A stretch of DNA of 64,000 nucleotides from NCBI GenBank assembly GCA_963804125.1, contig CAWDPF010000012.1:101556-165555 (forward strand), in the 5' to 3' direction. Positions 8,902 to 19,087 of the stretch are shown here, piece after piece (position 1 is the stretch's first letter; the number at the start of each line of letters is the position of its first letter). The position numbers were made by a program, and so were the translations under genes. This stretch comes from an uncultured Gemmatimonadales bacterium (GTDB lineage: Bacteria > Gemmatimonadota > Gemmatimonadetes > Gemmatimonadales > GWC2-71-9). A model generated the notes under the pieces. That model was not told where the DNA came from, searched no databases, and was given only the letters and a program-made list of their open reading frames with translations.

Positions 8902-9291
8902 ATGGCAACCCTTCCCCTGCCGACGGCGCAGGCCGTCGACATCCTGGCCCAGTTCGCCAGGGTCACCGACCATTGGTCGCCCAAGGTCGTCGCGCAGGTC
9001 AACGACCAGTACGTGAAGGTGGCCCGGCTGCTCGGCGAGATGGACTGGCACCGCCACGCGAGCGAGGACGAGCTGTTCTGGGTGCTGCGCGGATGCCTGC
9101 GCCTGGAGTTTCGCGATCACGTGGTCGAGCTCGAGCCGGGGCAGTGCTGCGTCGTTCCCCGCGGCGTGGAGCACCACCCCGTGGCCGCCGAGGAGTGCTG
9201 GATCGTGCTGATCGAGACCGTCACCACCCTCCACACCGGGGACCGCGTCACCCCGCAGACCCGCTCGATCGAAGAGCAGCTCACGCCGTGA
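8902..9291 (+). CDS. cupin domain protein
   Basis: Track ORF 8902-9291. The sequence ..WHRHASEDELFWVLRGCLRLEF..VVPRGVEHHP.. carries cupin motifs 1 and 2. Confidence 0.75.
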   Translation: MATLPLPTAQAVDILAQFARVTDHWSPKVVAQVNDQYVKVARLLGEMDWHRHASEDELFWVLRGCLRLEFRDHVVELEPGQCCVVPRGVEHHPVAAEECWIVLIETVTTLHTGDRVTPQTRSIEEQLTP

Positions 9292-9292
9292 C

Positions 9293-9763
9293 ATGCAGCG
9301 AATCGTCGTCGTCGCCGCGCGCGGGCCCGTCTACCGGAAGCTGGTAGTCGCGGGCGCCATGGCGGCCGCCGGGGTCGCGCTCCAGCAGGCGGAGATCGCG
9401 GCGCTCGGCTGGACGCTCGCGATGCTCGGCGGCATCTGGGCGCTCCTGCTCCTCCGCTCGCTCGGGGAGGAGCGAGAGCGGGTTGTGATCGACGACGCGG
9501 GCATTCGGGACACCCTGTTGCCGGTCGGCACGATCGGATGGTCGGAGGTGATCGGGGCCACGGTCCAGCGGATCGGGAGCGTCCCCGTCGTCGTGCTCGA
9601 CCTGCGGGACCCCGAGCGGTTCTTGCGCCGACTCCCCGCCACCCGCCAGTTCATCGCGCGCAAGGCGCTCGAGGCTGGGCTCCCCGCGGTGTACCTCACG
9701 CTCACCGGCACCGGGGCCGACGCGGAGCGGATCGCCGACGCCATTCGGCAGCGGGTCTCGTGA
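9293..9763 (+). CDS. hypothetical membrane protein (two N-terminal TM helices)
   Basis: Track ORF 9293-9763. It starts 2 nt after the previous stop. Confidence 0.55.
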   Translation: MQRIVVVAARGPVYRKLVVAGAMAAAGVALQQAEIAALGWTLAMLGGIWALLLLRSLGEERERVVIDDAGIRDTLLPVGTIGWSEVIGATVQRIGSVPVVVLDLRDPERFLRRLPATRQFIARKALEAGLPAVYLTLTGTGADAERIADAIRQRVS

Positions 9764-9787
9764 GTCGCGCACCCGGCGAGGAGTGAG

Positions 9788-10234
9788 ATGCGGATCTACA
9801 CCAAGCGCTTCGAGGTCGGCGCCGAGGCGATGGACGGCCAGGGTCACGTCAACAACCTCGCCTACGTCGCGTGGATGCAGGACGTCGCCATCGAGCATTC
9901 GGCGGCCGTCGGCTGGCCGATGGCGCGGTACAAGGAGATCGGCGCCGGCTGGGTGGTCCGGTCGCACTTCGTCGAATACCTCCGCCCGGCGTTCGCCGGC
10001 GACCGCATCGCCGCCCACACGTGGGTCCCCGAGTTCACCCAGCGCTCGACTCCGCGCCGGTACCTCTTCGTCCGCGAGCTCGATCGCCAGCTGTTGGCCC
10101 AGGCGGAGACGCGCTGGGTCTTCATCGACCTCGCCACCGGCCGCCGGCGGCCGCTCCCCCACGATCTGCTGTCGTCGTTCGCCGTCATGCCGGACGAGGC
10201 GGAGGTCCGGCGGGAGGTCGGGCTGGCGCGCTGA
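9788..10234 (+). CDS. acyl-CoA thioesterase (4HBT/YbgC-like hotdog fold)
   Basis: Track ORF 9788-10234. The sequence ..VGAEAMDGQGHVNNLAYVAWMQDVAIEH..GWVVRSHFVEYLRPA.. fits the hotdog fold. Confidence 0.8.
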   Translation: MRIYTKRFEVGAEAMDGQGHVNNLAYVAWMQDVAIEHSAAVGWPMARYKEIGAGWVVRSHFVEYLRPAFAGDRIAAHTWVPEFTQRSTPRRYLFVRELDRQLLAQAETRWVFIDLATGRRRPLPHDLLSSFAVMPDEAEVRREVGLAR

Positions 10235-10259
10235 CCCGATGCCGTCATCTTTGTCCACC

Positions 10260-10871
10260 ATGTCCCACACGATGGACCTCACCCCCGCCGCGCTCGAGGG
10301 GCCCACCATCCGGCTCGAGCCGCTCGGCCCGCATCACCTCGACGGATTGTGCGCCGCCGGGCTCCATCCGTCCCTCTGGCGCCTGACCGTCTCGCGAGTG
10401 GCCGACCGGACCGACATGGAGCGCTACCTGAACAGCGCGCTCGCCGAGCAGCGCGCCGGGACCTCCGTGCCCTACGCGACGGTGCTGCGCGACGGAGGGC
10501 AGGTCATCGGCAGCACGCGCTTCGGCAACGTGACGCCGGAGCATCGCCGGGTCGAGATCGGCTGGACCTGGCTCGGTCCCCGCTGGCAGCGCACCGGGGC
10601 CAACACCGAGGCCAAGTATCTCATGCTCCGGCACGCGTTCGAGGTGTGGCAGTGCCTCCGCGTCGAGTTCAAGACCAGCGCGCTCAACGAGCGCTCGCGC
10701 GCGGCGATCCGGCGGATCGGCGCCACGGAGGAGGGGATCCTCCGCCGCCACATGGTGAACGAGGACGGCTCGCTCCGCGACTCGGTATTGTTCTCGCTCA
10801 TCGCCGAGGAGTGGCCCGAGGCGCGGCGGCGCCTGGAGGAGATGATGGCCGCGCACGGCGTGCGTGTATGA
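10260..10871 (+). CDS. GNAT family N-acetyltransferase (RimJ/RimL-like)
   Basis: ATG 10260 (alternative 10239) in track ORF 9783-10871. The sequence reads ..[64 protein letters not shown]. Confidence 0.8.
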   Translation: MSHTMDLTPAALEGPTIRLEPLGPHHLDGLCAAGLHPSLWRLTVSRVADRTDMERYLNSALAEQRAGTSVPYATVLRDGGQVIGSTRFGNVTPEHRRVEIGWTWLGPRWQRTGANTEAKYLMLRHAFEVWQCLRVEFKTSALNERSRAAIRRIGATEEGILRRHMVNEDGSLRDSVLFSLIAEEWPEARRRLEEMMAAHGVRV

Positions 10872-11461
10872 TCCGCCGCCTCTGCGTCTTCTGTGGGTCG
10901 AGCGCCGGACGGGAGCCGGGCTACCGGCATCTGGCGGAGTCGCTGGCGCGCGCTCTGGCGGAACGGGGAATCGGGATCGTCTATGGCGGCGCATGGGTCG
11001 GACTGATGGGCGCGCTGGCGGACACCGCACTCGCCGCCGGTGGCGAGGTCATCGGGGTGATCCCGCAAGCCTTGATCGAGCGGGAGATCGGGCACCGGGG
11101 CCTCACCGAGCTCCGCATCGTCGATTCGATGCACGAGCGGAAGGCACTCATGGCGGAGCTGGCCGATGGCTTCGTCGCGCTGCCGGGCGGGATCGGCACG
11201 CTCGAGGAGTTGTTCGAGGTGTGGACCTGGGCGCAGCTGGGCCTCCACGCCAAGCCATGCGCCTTGCTCGACACCGATGGGTTCTATGCGCCGCTCGTCG
11301 CCTTCCTCGATCATCTGGTGGACGCCGGCTTCGTCCGGGAAGCGCATCGCGGCATGCTGCTGACCGCGCATTCGCCCGAGGAGTTGCTCACGGCCTTCGC
11401 GGCGTATCGGCCTCCACGGGTGGGCAAGTGGCTGGAGGCGCCGGCTGCGCATCTGGATTGA
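10868..11461 (+). CDS. LOG family protein (cytokinin riboside 5'-monophosphate phosphoribohydrolase-like)
   Basis: ATG 10868 overlaps the previous stop (ATGA). The motifs ..[46 protein letters not shown].. are diagnostic LOG motifs. Confidence 0.9.
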   Translation: MIRRLCVFCGSSAGREPGYRHLAESLARALAERGIGIVYGGAWVGLMGALADTALAAGGEVIGVIPQALIEREIGHRGLTELRIVDSMHERKALMAELADGFVALPGGIGTLEELFEVWTWAQLGLHAKPCALLDTDGFYAPLVAFLDHLVDAGFVREAHRGMLLTAHSPEELLTAFAAYRPPRVGKWLEAPAAHLD

Positions 11462-11903
11462 CGCGGACGCCGCGCCGCGCGAAGTCAAGGAGATCGTCTT
11501 TCGGGCATCCCGACGCCTGGGCATCGAGACCGTGCTCGTGGCCAATCAGCCGCTGCAGACGCCCGCCGGCAACCCGCTCGTGCGCGCCGTCCGGGTCGAC
11601 GGCGGTGCCGACGTCGCCGACCGCTACATCGCCGACCACGCCCAGCCGGGCGACCTCGCCGTCACGGCCGACGTGCCGCTCGCCGCGCAGCTGGTGCCCC
11701 GCGGCGTGGCCGTGCTCGATCCGCGGGGCGAGGAGCACACCGAGGAGACCATCGGGGAACGGCTCTCGGTCCGCGACTTCATGGACAGCCTGCGCGCGGC
11801 CGGCGTCGTGACCGGCGGGCCGCGGCCCTGGGACGCGCGGGCGCGCCAGGCGTTCGCCGACGCGCTCGACCGCGCGCTCACCCGGCTCCGCCGCGCGCGC
11901 TGA
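11445..11903 (+). CDS. YaiI/YqxD family protein (DUF188), probable non-canonical CTG start
   Basis: The track ORF starts at GTG 11532, but the conserved N-terminus (L)[36 protein letters not shown] lies in frame upstream. This frame has no ATG, GTG or TTG after the stop at 11361-11363. CTG 11445 aligns with Met1 of E. coli YaiI. Confidence 0.75.
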   Translation: MRIWIDADAAPREVKEIVFRASRRLGIETVLVANQPLQTPAGNPLVRAVRVDGGADVADRYIADHAQPGDLAVTADVPLAAQLVPRGVAVLDPRGEEHTEETIGERLSVRDFMDSLRAAGVVTGGPRPWDARARQAFADALDRALTRLRRAR

Positions 11904-11940
11904 CCCGCTGGCGCCTTTACCTCCTGGCACGGAGACTCCG

Positions 11941-12285
11941 ATGGATGAGGCGATGACCTCCACGACGTTCACGCTGGACGGGTACGACATCGTCGAATCG
12001 CTCGGCGTCGTGCGCGGCGTGACGGTCCGCTCGCGCTCGCTCTTCGGCACGATCGGCGCCCGGGTAGAGACGCTGCTCGGCGGGCACATCTCCATTCTCA
12101 CGACCCTCTGCGAGCGGGCCCGCGGCGACGCGTTCGACATCCTTCTCGCGCAGGCGCAGCGCCGGGGCGCCAACGCGGTCGTGGGGGTACGGTACGACGC
12201 GACGGAGATCATGTCCGGCGTGACCGAGGTGCTCTGCTACGGCACCGCGGTGGTGGTCGAGCCCGCCCGCGCACATCTGTCCTGA
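11941..12285 (+). CDS. YbjQ family protein (UPF0145)
   Basis: Track ORF 11941-12285. The sequence reads ..LDGYDIVESLGVVRGVTVRSRS..ANAVVGVRYDATEI. The start may be ATG 11953. Confidence 0.8.
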   Translation: MDEAMTSTTFTLDGYDIVESLGVVRGVTVRSRSLFGTIGARVETLLGGHISILTTLCERARGDAFDILLAQAQRRGANAVVGVRYDATEIMSGVTEVLCYGTAVVVEPARAHLS

Positions 12286-12319
12286 CCACGATCCTGACCT
12301 CGATCGGGAGCCGTTTCGC

Positions 12320-12844
12320 ATGTCTCACTTTCTTGCTCTCTACGCCCTCCGCATCCTCCACATAGTCGTCGGCGTCTTCTGGGTCGGCACGGTCGTCTTC
12401 ATGGCCGCATTCCTGACCCCGAGCGTGCGCGCCGCGGGGCCGGGCGGTGGCGCGGTCTTTCAGCAGCTCATGGGGGTGCGCCGGCTGCCGCTCTGGATCA
12501 TGGGCGCCATGGCCGTCACGCTGCTCTCGGGCCTCGGACTCTACTGGCGCGATTCGGCGGGATTCCAATCGGCATGGCTCGCGTCGGGCCCCGGCAAGGT
12601 CTTCGGGCTGGGCGGCGCGATCGCCATCGGCGCCTCCATCCTGGGCATGGCGATCAACATGCCGGCCGGGCGCCGGCTCGCGGAAATCACCGGCCGCCTC
12701 CAGTCGGCGGGCCGTCCGCCGACACCCGAGGAGCAGGCGACCCTTGCCGCGTTGCAGGCGCGGCTCGGCCGGGCCAGCGTCGTCGCGGCCGTCCTGCTGG
12801 TCATCGCCACGCTGCTGATGGCCATCGCGCGATATGTGCCCTAG
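12320..12844 (+). CDS. hypothetical membrane protein (about 4 TM helices)
   Basis: Track ORF 12320-12844 with hydrophobic helices. Confidence 0.6.
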   Translation: MSHFLALYALRILHIVVGVFWVGTVVFMAAFLTPSVRAAGPGGGAVFQQLMGVRRLPLWIMGAMAVTLLSGLGLYWRDSAGFQSAWLASGPGKVFGLGGAIAIGASILGMAINMPAGRRLAEITGRLQSAGRPPTPEEQATLAALQARLGRASVVAAVLLVIATLLMAIARYVP

Positions 12845-12937
12845 CGGCGGATGGTGACGAGGCGTTGACCAGATCGTGACAGGGGGATCCTAGGATGCGG
12901 GCGACTCGTCGTCCCTGACCCCGATCCGCGAGGCCCC

Positions 12938-13369
12938 ATGCGCACCCCTGTCGCCCTCGGTCCCGTCCCTTGCCTCCTCCCGCTGCTGCTGGCAGCTTGC
13001 ACCGGGCTCTCGGCCGGGCCCGAAGTGAGCGCCGTGACGCCGGTGCCGGCCTCCCGGGATTCGGCGTGGGTCCGCGCCAAGCGCGCTCTGACCGCCGAAT
13101 CCTTCACGCTCGACGTCCAGGACTCGGTCGGCGGGCGGATCACGGCCATGCGCTACCCGAGCGCGACCGCGAAAGTCGGGACCCAGGCGGCCTGCCGGGT
13201 GCACCTGGCGATGACGGTCACCGGCGCCGGCGAAGCCTCGGAGCTCACCAGCAACAGCCAGTGGGTCGCGCCGGCGGCCATGGCCACCGGGAAGCCGGAG
13301 CTCTGTGAGCAGGACCGCCACGAGACGCTGGACCGCATCCTGCTCGTCGTCGCGCCTCCAGCCCAGTAG
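12938..13369 (+). CDS. hypothetical lipoprotein
   Basis: Track ORF 12938-13369. The N-terminus ..LLPLLLAACTG carries a lipobox. Confidence 0.6.
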   Translation: MRTPVALGPVPCLLPLLLAACTGLSAGPEVSAVTPVPASRDSAWVRAKRALTAESFTLDVQDSVGGRITAMRYPSATAKVGTQAACRVHLAMTVTGAGEASELTSNSQWVAPAAMATGKPELCEQDRHETLDRILLVVAPPAQ

Positions 13370-13484
13370 GTCGCGCCGCGTCCACCATGCCGGCGCGCGT
13401 CCCTCGCACCGGAAGGAGCGGCATGACATCACCTCAGGATGCCGAGGTCGCGGCCGCCGGCGTCGCCGCGTTCCGGGGGAATCC

Positions 13485-13793
13485 GTGAGCCCGCTGGGCG
13501 GGCGTTCGTGGGACGAGTGGATCGCCCGGTATGGGCAGAGCCACGCGCACCCCGTGAACCGGCTCTGTCATACGATCGGGATTCCGCTGATCGTGCTGTC
13601 GCTCCCGCTCTTCCTCGCCGCGCTGGTGGTGCCCGGCCTGTGGCGGCTGGCGCTGGCGCTCTTCGTCGTCGGCTGGATCTTCCAGTTCGTCGGCCATGCC
13701 TTCGAGGGAAAGCCGCCCGAATTCTTCCACGACTGGCGCTTCCTGTTCGTCGGCCTGCGCTGGTGGGTCGCCAAGATCCGCGGCCGGGCCTGA
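13485..13793 (+). CDS. DUF962 (Mpo1-like) membrane protein
   Basis: GTG 13485 in track ORF 13305-13793. The sequence reads ..HAHPVNRLCHTIGIPL..VVGWIFQFVGHAFEGKPPEFFHDWRFLFVGLRWW. Confidence 0.7.
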   Translation: MSPLGGRSWDEWIARYGQSHAHPVNRLCHTIGIPLIVLSLPLFLAALVVPGLWRLALALFVVGWIFQFVGHAFEGKPPEFFHDWRFLFVGLRWWVAKIRGRA

Positions 13794-13798
13794 GGCGC

Positions 13799-14095
13799 GT
13801 GTTTCACATCCTCTGGCGGTTCGAGACCAGCGAGGCGCAGGCAAACGCGTTCGCGGCGGCCTACGGGCCCGACGGTGCCTGGGTGGCCTTCTTCCGACAG
13901 GCGGACGGCTACCGCGGGACCGAGCTCTTCCGCCGTCAGCAGTCTCCTCCGTGCTACCTCACGATAGACCGGTGGGAGACGCGCGACGCCTACGAACGCT
14001 TCCGGCGCGACCAGGCAGCCGCGTATGCCGCCCTCGACGCCGAGTGTGAGGGCCTGACGGTCGCCGAGATCTTCCTGGCCGCCTGGGAGGACTGA
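13799..14095 (+). CDS. antibiotic biosynthesis monooxygenase (ABM)-like protein
   Basis: GTG 13799 in track ORF 13439-14095. The sequence reads ..YRGTELFRRQQSPPCYLTIDRWETRDAYERF. Confidence 0.65.
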   Translation: MFHILWRFETSEAQANAFAAAYGPDGAWVAFFRQADGYRGTELFRRQQSPPCYLTIDRWETRDAYERFRRDQAAAYAALDAECEGLTVAEIFLAAWED

Positions 14096-14173
14096 GGCGC
14101 CCGCAACCTTTTCGCCGCGTGATCCGTCCAAGCGGGGTGGTCCGGCACGTCGCCTCCCTCCCGCGAGCGTTTC

Positions 14174-16623
14174 ATGGACAGCCTGCTGCAGGACATCCGC
14201 TACAGTCTCCGCCGGCTCGCGAAGAGCCCGGGCTTCACGCTGGTCGTGGTCCTCACCCTCGCCCTCGGCATCGGCGCCAATACCGCGATCTTCAGCGCGG
14301 TGAACGCGGTGCTGCTCCGGCCGCTGGGCTACGCCGATCCCGACCGGCTCGTCACCATCGAGCACTTCTATCCCTCGCTCGGTGGTTTGAAGGCGCCGGT
14401 GTCCGTTCCCGGATTCCGCGACTACCAGGCGCTGGGCCGGACGCTTCGAGTCGATGGCCGTCGAGAATGGCTGGGCCGCGAACCTCACCGGCCAGGGCGA
14501 GCCAGTGCGCGTGCCCGGCGCCCGGGTGACCGGACGGTTCTTCGGCACCCTCGGCGTGCCCGCGCTGCTCGGCCGCGGCCTGCTGCCGGGAGAGGACAGC
14601 GCCGGGCGCGAGCACGTCGTGGTGCTGAGCCATGGGCTCTGGCAGCGGCTCTTCGGGCGCGATCCCGGCATCGTCGGGCGCGCGCTCTCGCTCAACGGCG
14701 AGAGCTACCAGGTAGTCGGAGTCATGCCGGAGGGCTTCCGCGACTTCTTCAACCGGAACGTGGATCTCTGGGCTCCGCTGGTGTTCGATCCCGGGCAGCT
14801 CGGCGACGACAACCGCACCAACGAGTTTCTCAACCTGACCGCGCGCGTGCGGCCGGGTGTGCCCGTGGAGCAGGCCGCGGCCGAGATGCGCTCGCTCGCC
14901 CAGCAGCTCAAGCAGCGCTACCCGGACTCCTATGCGTCGGACTGGAGCCTCGTGACGACGCCGCTGGCCCAGCGCGCGGTCGGCGACGTGCGGCCGGCAC
15001 TGCTCGTGCTGCTGGGCGCCGTCGGATTCGTGCTGCTCATCGCCTGCGCCAACGTGGCCAACCTGTTGCTCGCGCGGGCCGCCGCCCGCTCGAAGGAGAT
15101 CGCCGTGCGCACCGCGCTCGGCGCGAGCCGCGACCGGCTGGTGCGCCAGCTGCTCACCGAGAGCCTGCTGCTCGCGCTCGCCGGGGGCGTGCTGGGCCTG
15201 CTGCTGGCGTACTGGGGCGTGCGCTCCGTCGTGGCGCTCAATCCGGGAGAGCTGCCGCGCGCGGACGAGATCGGCATCGACGCGCCCGTGATGGCCTTCA
15301 CGCTCTTCGTCTCGGTCGTCACCGGCCTCCTGTTCGGCCTCGCCCCGGCGATGCACGCGTCGGCGGCCGACCTCCACGGGATGCTCAAGGAGGGCGGGCG
15401 GGGCAGCGCCGGCGACCGGGGCGGCCAGGGCCTGCGTCGGACCCTGGTCGTGGCCGAGGTGGCGCTCGCGCTCACGCTGCTCACGGGAGCCGGGCTGCTG
15501 GTGAAGAGCTTCGCTCGCCTGCAGGGTGTCGATCCCGGGTTCGATCCCGAGCACCTGCTGACGTTCAACCTTTCGCTTCCCGCTGCGCGCTATCCGGCGG
15601 ACTCGCAGCAGACCGCGTTCTTCGACCAGGTCCTCCCCGCGATCGCGGGCGTGCCCGGGCGTGCGTGCCGCCGGCGCCACGTCGGTCATGCCGTTCAGCG
15701 GGAGCTGGTCGACGGCCAGCTTCGAGATCGAGGGCTACCAGCCGCCGCCGAAGACGCAGGGGCCCTGGGGAGACGTTCGCATCGTGACCCCGGGCTTCTT
15801 CGAGACCCTGCGGATCCCGCTCCGGAAGGGACGGTTCCTCGGCGAGGAGGACCGGGCCGGTGGCCGGCGCGTGGCGGTGATCGACGAGGAGTTCGTGCGG
15901 CGGTACTGGCGCAACCAGGATCCGCTGGGGAAGCGCTTCACGTTCGGCCCGCCGCCCGGCGCCACCGACACCACCTCGCGGGAGTGGATCGAGGTCGTGG
16001 GGGTCGTGGGACACACCAAGCACGAAGGTCTCGACGCCGAGGACCGGCTGCAGCTCTACATGCCCTACCGCCAGCGGCCATTGCCGTTCCTGACCGTGGC
16101 CGTCCGCACCACGGGCGATCCGAACACCTACGCCACCCAGATGCGGCGCGCCGTGCAGTCGGTCGATCCGGACCAGCCCATCGCGAACGTCCGCACCATG
16201 GAGGAGCTGATCGCCCAGTCGGTCGGGCAGCGGCGGCTGTCGATGCTGCTGCTCAGCCTCTTCTCCGGCATCGCGCTCGTGCTGGCGTCGGTCGGCATCT
16301 ATGGGCTCATGAGCTACTCGGTGGCGCAGCGCTCGCGCGAGCTCGGCGTGCGCATCGCCCTCGGCGCGGCGCGCTCCGACGTGCTGCGGCTGGTGCTTCG
16401 GCAGGGGATGTCGCTCGCCCTGATGGGCATCGTGATCGGGGTGGGCAGCGCCTTCGCCCTGACGCGGCTGATCGAGAGTCAGCTCTACGGTGTCCGGGCC
16501 ACCGATCCGGCCACGTTCGCCGGCGTGGCGGCGCTGCTCGGCGTCACCGCGCTCGCGGCCAATCTCGTGCCCGCGCTCCGCGCCACGCGGGTGGATCCGG
16601 CGGTGGTGCTGCGCGAGGAGTGA
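14174..16623 (+). pseudogene. ADOP-family duplicated ABC-transporter permease (MacB-like, two FtsX domains), frame-disrupted twice
   Basis: One colinear protein is spread over track ORFs 14174.. ([41 protein letters not shown]..), 14454.. (..[42 protein letters not shown]..) and 15661-16623 (..LGVRIALGAARSDVLRLVL..RATRVDPAVVLREE). The frame switches near 14440 and 15656. Confidence 0.85.
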
Positions 16624-16703
16624 GTCGCCAGGAGGGAGGCGTGACGAGGGACCGGATGCGCCGGCCGCGGAAACGCGCCGGCGCATCTGGCTATCGCGGC
16701 CCG

Positions 16704-17144
16704 ATGCGAGCAGATTTCCTCGACCCCCGACACCTTTGCAAAGCGATTCCCGTGACCGCACCTAGTTCCGGATCCTGCCGGATCCTCGTGGTGGATGACG
16801 AGACCCTTGTCCGCCGCTTCGCCGTCCGTGTTCTGGAGGAAGAGGGCTTCCGCGTCTCCGAAGCCGCCGACGGCGCCGAGGCCCTGCGCCTGCTGCGGGA
16901 GGAGGTGCCCGACGTCGACGCGGTCGTCTCCGACATCGTCATGCCGCGGCTCAATGGCGTCGAGCTGCTGCAGATTCTCTCGACGACCCACCCGCAACTG
17001 CCCGTCCTGCTGATGTCGGGCTATGCCAGCGGGGAGCTGGAGGGCATGGGCATCGCCGCCCCGTGCGCGATCCTGCCCAAGCCGTTCGCTCGGGAGCGTC
17101 TGGTCGAAGAGCTGCGGCGCTGCCTGCGCGGCGCCGGCGTGTGA
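16704..17144 (+). CDS. stand-alone response regulator receiver (CheY-like)
   Basis: In frame at the tail of track ORF 14454-17144, with ATG 16704 or GTG 16752 as start. The sequence reads ..RILVVDDETLVRRF..DAVVSDIVMPRLNGVEL..LPVLLMSGY..ILPKPF. Confidence 0.85.
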   Translation: MRADFLDPRHLCKAIPVTAPSSGSCRILVVDDETLVRRFAVRVLEEEGFRVSEAADGAEALRLLREEVPDVDAVVSDIVMPRLNGVELLQILSTTHPQLPVLLMSGYASGELEGMGIAAPCAILPKPFARERLVEELRRCLRGAGV

Positions 17145-17150
17145 CGAGGA

Positions 17151-17582
17151 CTAGAAGGCGGGGACGTCCCGCACGAGCGTCTCGGGCAGCGGCGCGCGGT
17201 CGCCCTGCCACGAGGCCCAGGTGAGCGGGCACGGATTGCCGAACGGCGGGTCCGGATGGCCGGCCCGCCCGAGCAGGTCGTGCAGCATCTCGTGCCGGAC
17301 CACCATCTCGTTCATCGCAAAATCCTCGGCCACATAGATCCGATGGCCGGGCTCCCAATGGCCGGCGCAGTTGCCGCTCGCGCAAGGGAAGCTGTGGCCC
17401 GCGACCATTGACCAGTCGACCCGATCGAAATCCCCGCTGAGCCCGGAGCACGCCTCGGTCTTCGTCCACCATTCGCGGTAGACGGCAGGCGGCGTCATGG
17501 GCGAGTCGTCGCCCGGATCGAATCCGCAGGCGGCGACCAGCACGAGCGCGAGGAGTGACGGGAGACGCCGTGGGCGGAGCAC
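17151..17582 (-). CDS. small Cys-rich lipoprotein with an HExxH motif (putative zinc metallopeptidase-like)
   Basis: Track ORF 17151-17582(-). It has a lipobox LVLVAAC, the motif VVRHEMLHDLLGRAGH, and five further Cys. Confidence 0.6.
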   Translation of the reverse strand: MLRPRRLPSLLALVLVAACGFDPGDDSPMTPPAVYREWWTKTEACSGLSGDFDRVDWSMVAGHSFPCASGNCAGHWEPGHRIYVAEDFAMNEMVVRHEMLHDLLGRAGHPDPPFGNPCPLTWASWQGDRAPLPETLVRDVPAF

Positions 17583-17683
17583 GGGACCGGTGGGGGCAAC
17601 CGTCGTGCCGCCGGGCGGGTCCGAGGTAACCCGTTGTCGTCCAACGGCGAACCTCGTCCAGACGAGCCGCCGCCGCGCTCTCT

Positions 17684-17705
17684 CAAGTTGCGAGCAAGTT
17701 GCGAG
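17684..17705. repeat. perfect tandem duplication of the 11-nt unit CAAGTTGCGAG, immediately upstream of the permease start
   Basis: Read directly: caagttgcgag caagttgcgag at 17684-17694 and 17695-17705. ATG 17711 follows. Confidence 0.8.
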
Positions 17706-17710
17706 GAACC

Positions 17711-19087
17711 ATGACGACCTACGCCCGCCGGCTCGGGCTGTTCTCGACCACGATGGCGGTGGTCGGCGGGATCATCGGCGGCGGGATCTTCCGGACCCCC
17801 GCGGCAGTCGCGGGACGGGTGGGCTCTCCCGGCCTGGCGCTGGCCGCGTGGGTGGTGGGCGGGGTCGTCGCGCTGATCGGCGCGCTGTGCTACGGCGAGC
17901 TGGGCCACCGGCGGCCGCGGGCCGGCGGGGGCTACGTCTACCTGCGGGAGGCCTGGGGAGCGCTGCCCGCGTTCCTCTACGGCTGGGCGCTCCTGCTGGT
18001 GATCGCCACGGGAGCCATTGCGGCGGTGGCGGTCACCTTCGCGGACTACGCCCTCGCGCTCGCGGGGCTGCCCGACACGCTCACCAACCCCGTCGCCGTC
18101 GCCGCGATCGTGCTCCTCGCGGGGATCAACTACGTCGGCGTGACGCCCGGCGCGATCACCGTCAACGTCTTCACCGTGCTCAAGCTGCTGGCCCTGGCGA
18201 CCCTGATCGGGGCGGGGCTGCTGCTGGCTCTGCCCGAGCCGGCGGCGCGCGTGATGCCGGCGGCTCCGGCGGTCGCCACCGGCACGGGCGCCGCACTCGC
18301 CGCCATGGGCGCGGCGCTGGTGCCGATCCTGTTCACCTACGGCGGCTGGCAGCAGACCAACTTCATCGCCGAGGAGATCGTGGCGCCCGAGCGCACGCTG
18401 CCGCGCGCGCTCGTGGCGGGCGTGCTCGTCGTGGTGGCAGTGTACCTGCTCGCCAACATTGCCTATCTCCGCGTGCTCGGTCTCGAGGGACTCGCCCGCA
18501 GCTCCGCCCCCGCCGCGGACACCATGCGCGCGCTGCTGGGACCGGCCGGCGGCACGTTCATCGCCGCGGGCATCGCCATCTCGACGTTCGGCTTCCTGGA
18601 CCTCGTCATCCTGGTCACGCCGCGCGTGCTCCAGGCCATGGCCGCCGACGGCGTCTTCCTGCCGCGCCTCGCCGTCCTCCATCCACGCTACCGCACCCCG
18701 GCGCTCGCGATCGTCGTCGAGTCGGCCTGGGCGATCGTGCTGACGCTCACGGGGACCTTCGCGCAGCTCGTGGACTACGTGTCCTTCGGCGACTGGATCT
18801 TCTTCGGGCTCACCGTCGCCGGGCTCTACCGCCTGCGGGCGCGCGATGGCCGCGCCGGCGACACTGGAGGCTCACCGCCCGCCGCGCCCGGCTTCCGCGT
18901 GCCGGGCTACCCGTGGACACCCGCCATCTTCGTGCTGGCCGCGATCCTGGTCGTCGCCAGCTCCATCCGGGCCAATCCCCGGAACGCGGCGATCGGGACG
19001 GGACTCCTCCTCCTCGGCGTGCCGGTGTATCTCTGGTGGAGGCGGTCGCCGGCCGCCGCGAACCGCGGGGTAGGGGGAGCCACGTGA
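17711..19087 (+). CDS. APC-superfamily amino acid permease
   Basis: ATG 17711 in track ORF 17699-19087. The sequence ..LGLFSTTMAVVGGIIGGGIFRTPA..ALCYGELG..GGGYVYLREAWG.. is typical, and I see about 12 TM segments. Confidence 0.9.
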   Translation: MTTYARRLGLFSTTMAVVGGIIGGGIFRTPAAVAGRVGSPGLALAAWVVGGVVALIGALCYGELGHRRPRAGGGYVYLREAWGALPAFLYGWALLLVIATGAIAAVAVTFADYALALAGLPDTLTNPVAVAAIVLLAGINYVGVTPGAITVNVFTVLKLLALATLIGAGLLLALPEPAARVMPAAPAVATGTGAALAAMGAALVPILFTYGGWQQTNFIAEEIVAPERTLPRALVAGVLVVVAVYLLANIAYLRVLGLEGLARSSAPAADTMRALLGPAGGTFIAAGIAISTFGFLDLVILVTPRVLQAMAADGVFLPRLAVLHPRYRTPALAIVVESAWAIVLTLTGTFAQLVDYVSFGDWIFFGLTVAGLYRLRARDGRAGDTGGSPPAAPGFRVPGYPWTPAIFVLAAILVVASSIRANPRNAAIGTGLLLLGVPVYLWWRRSPAAANRGVGGAT

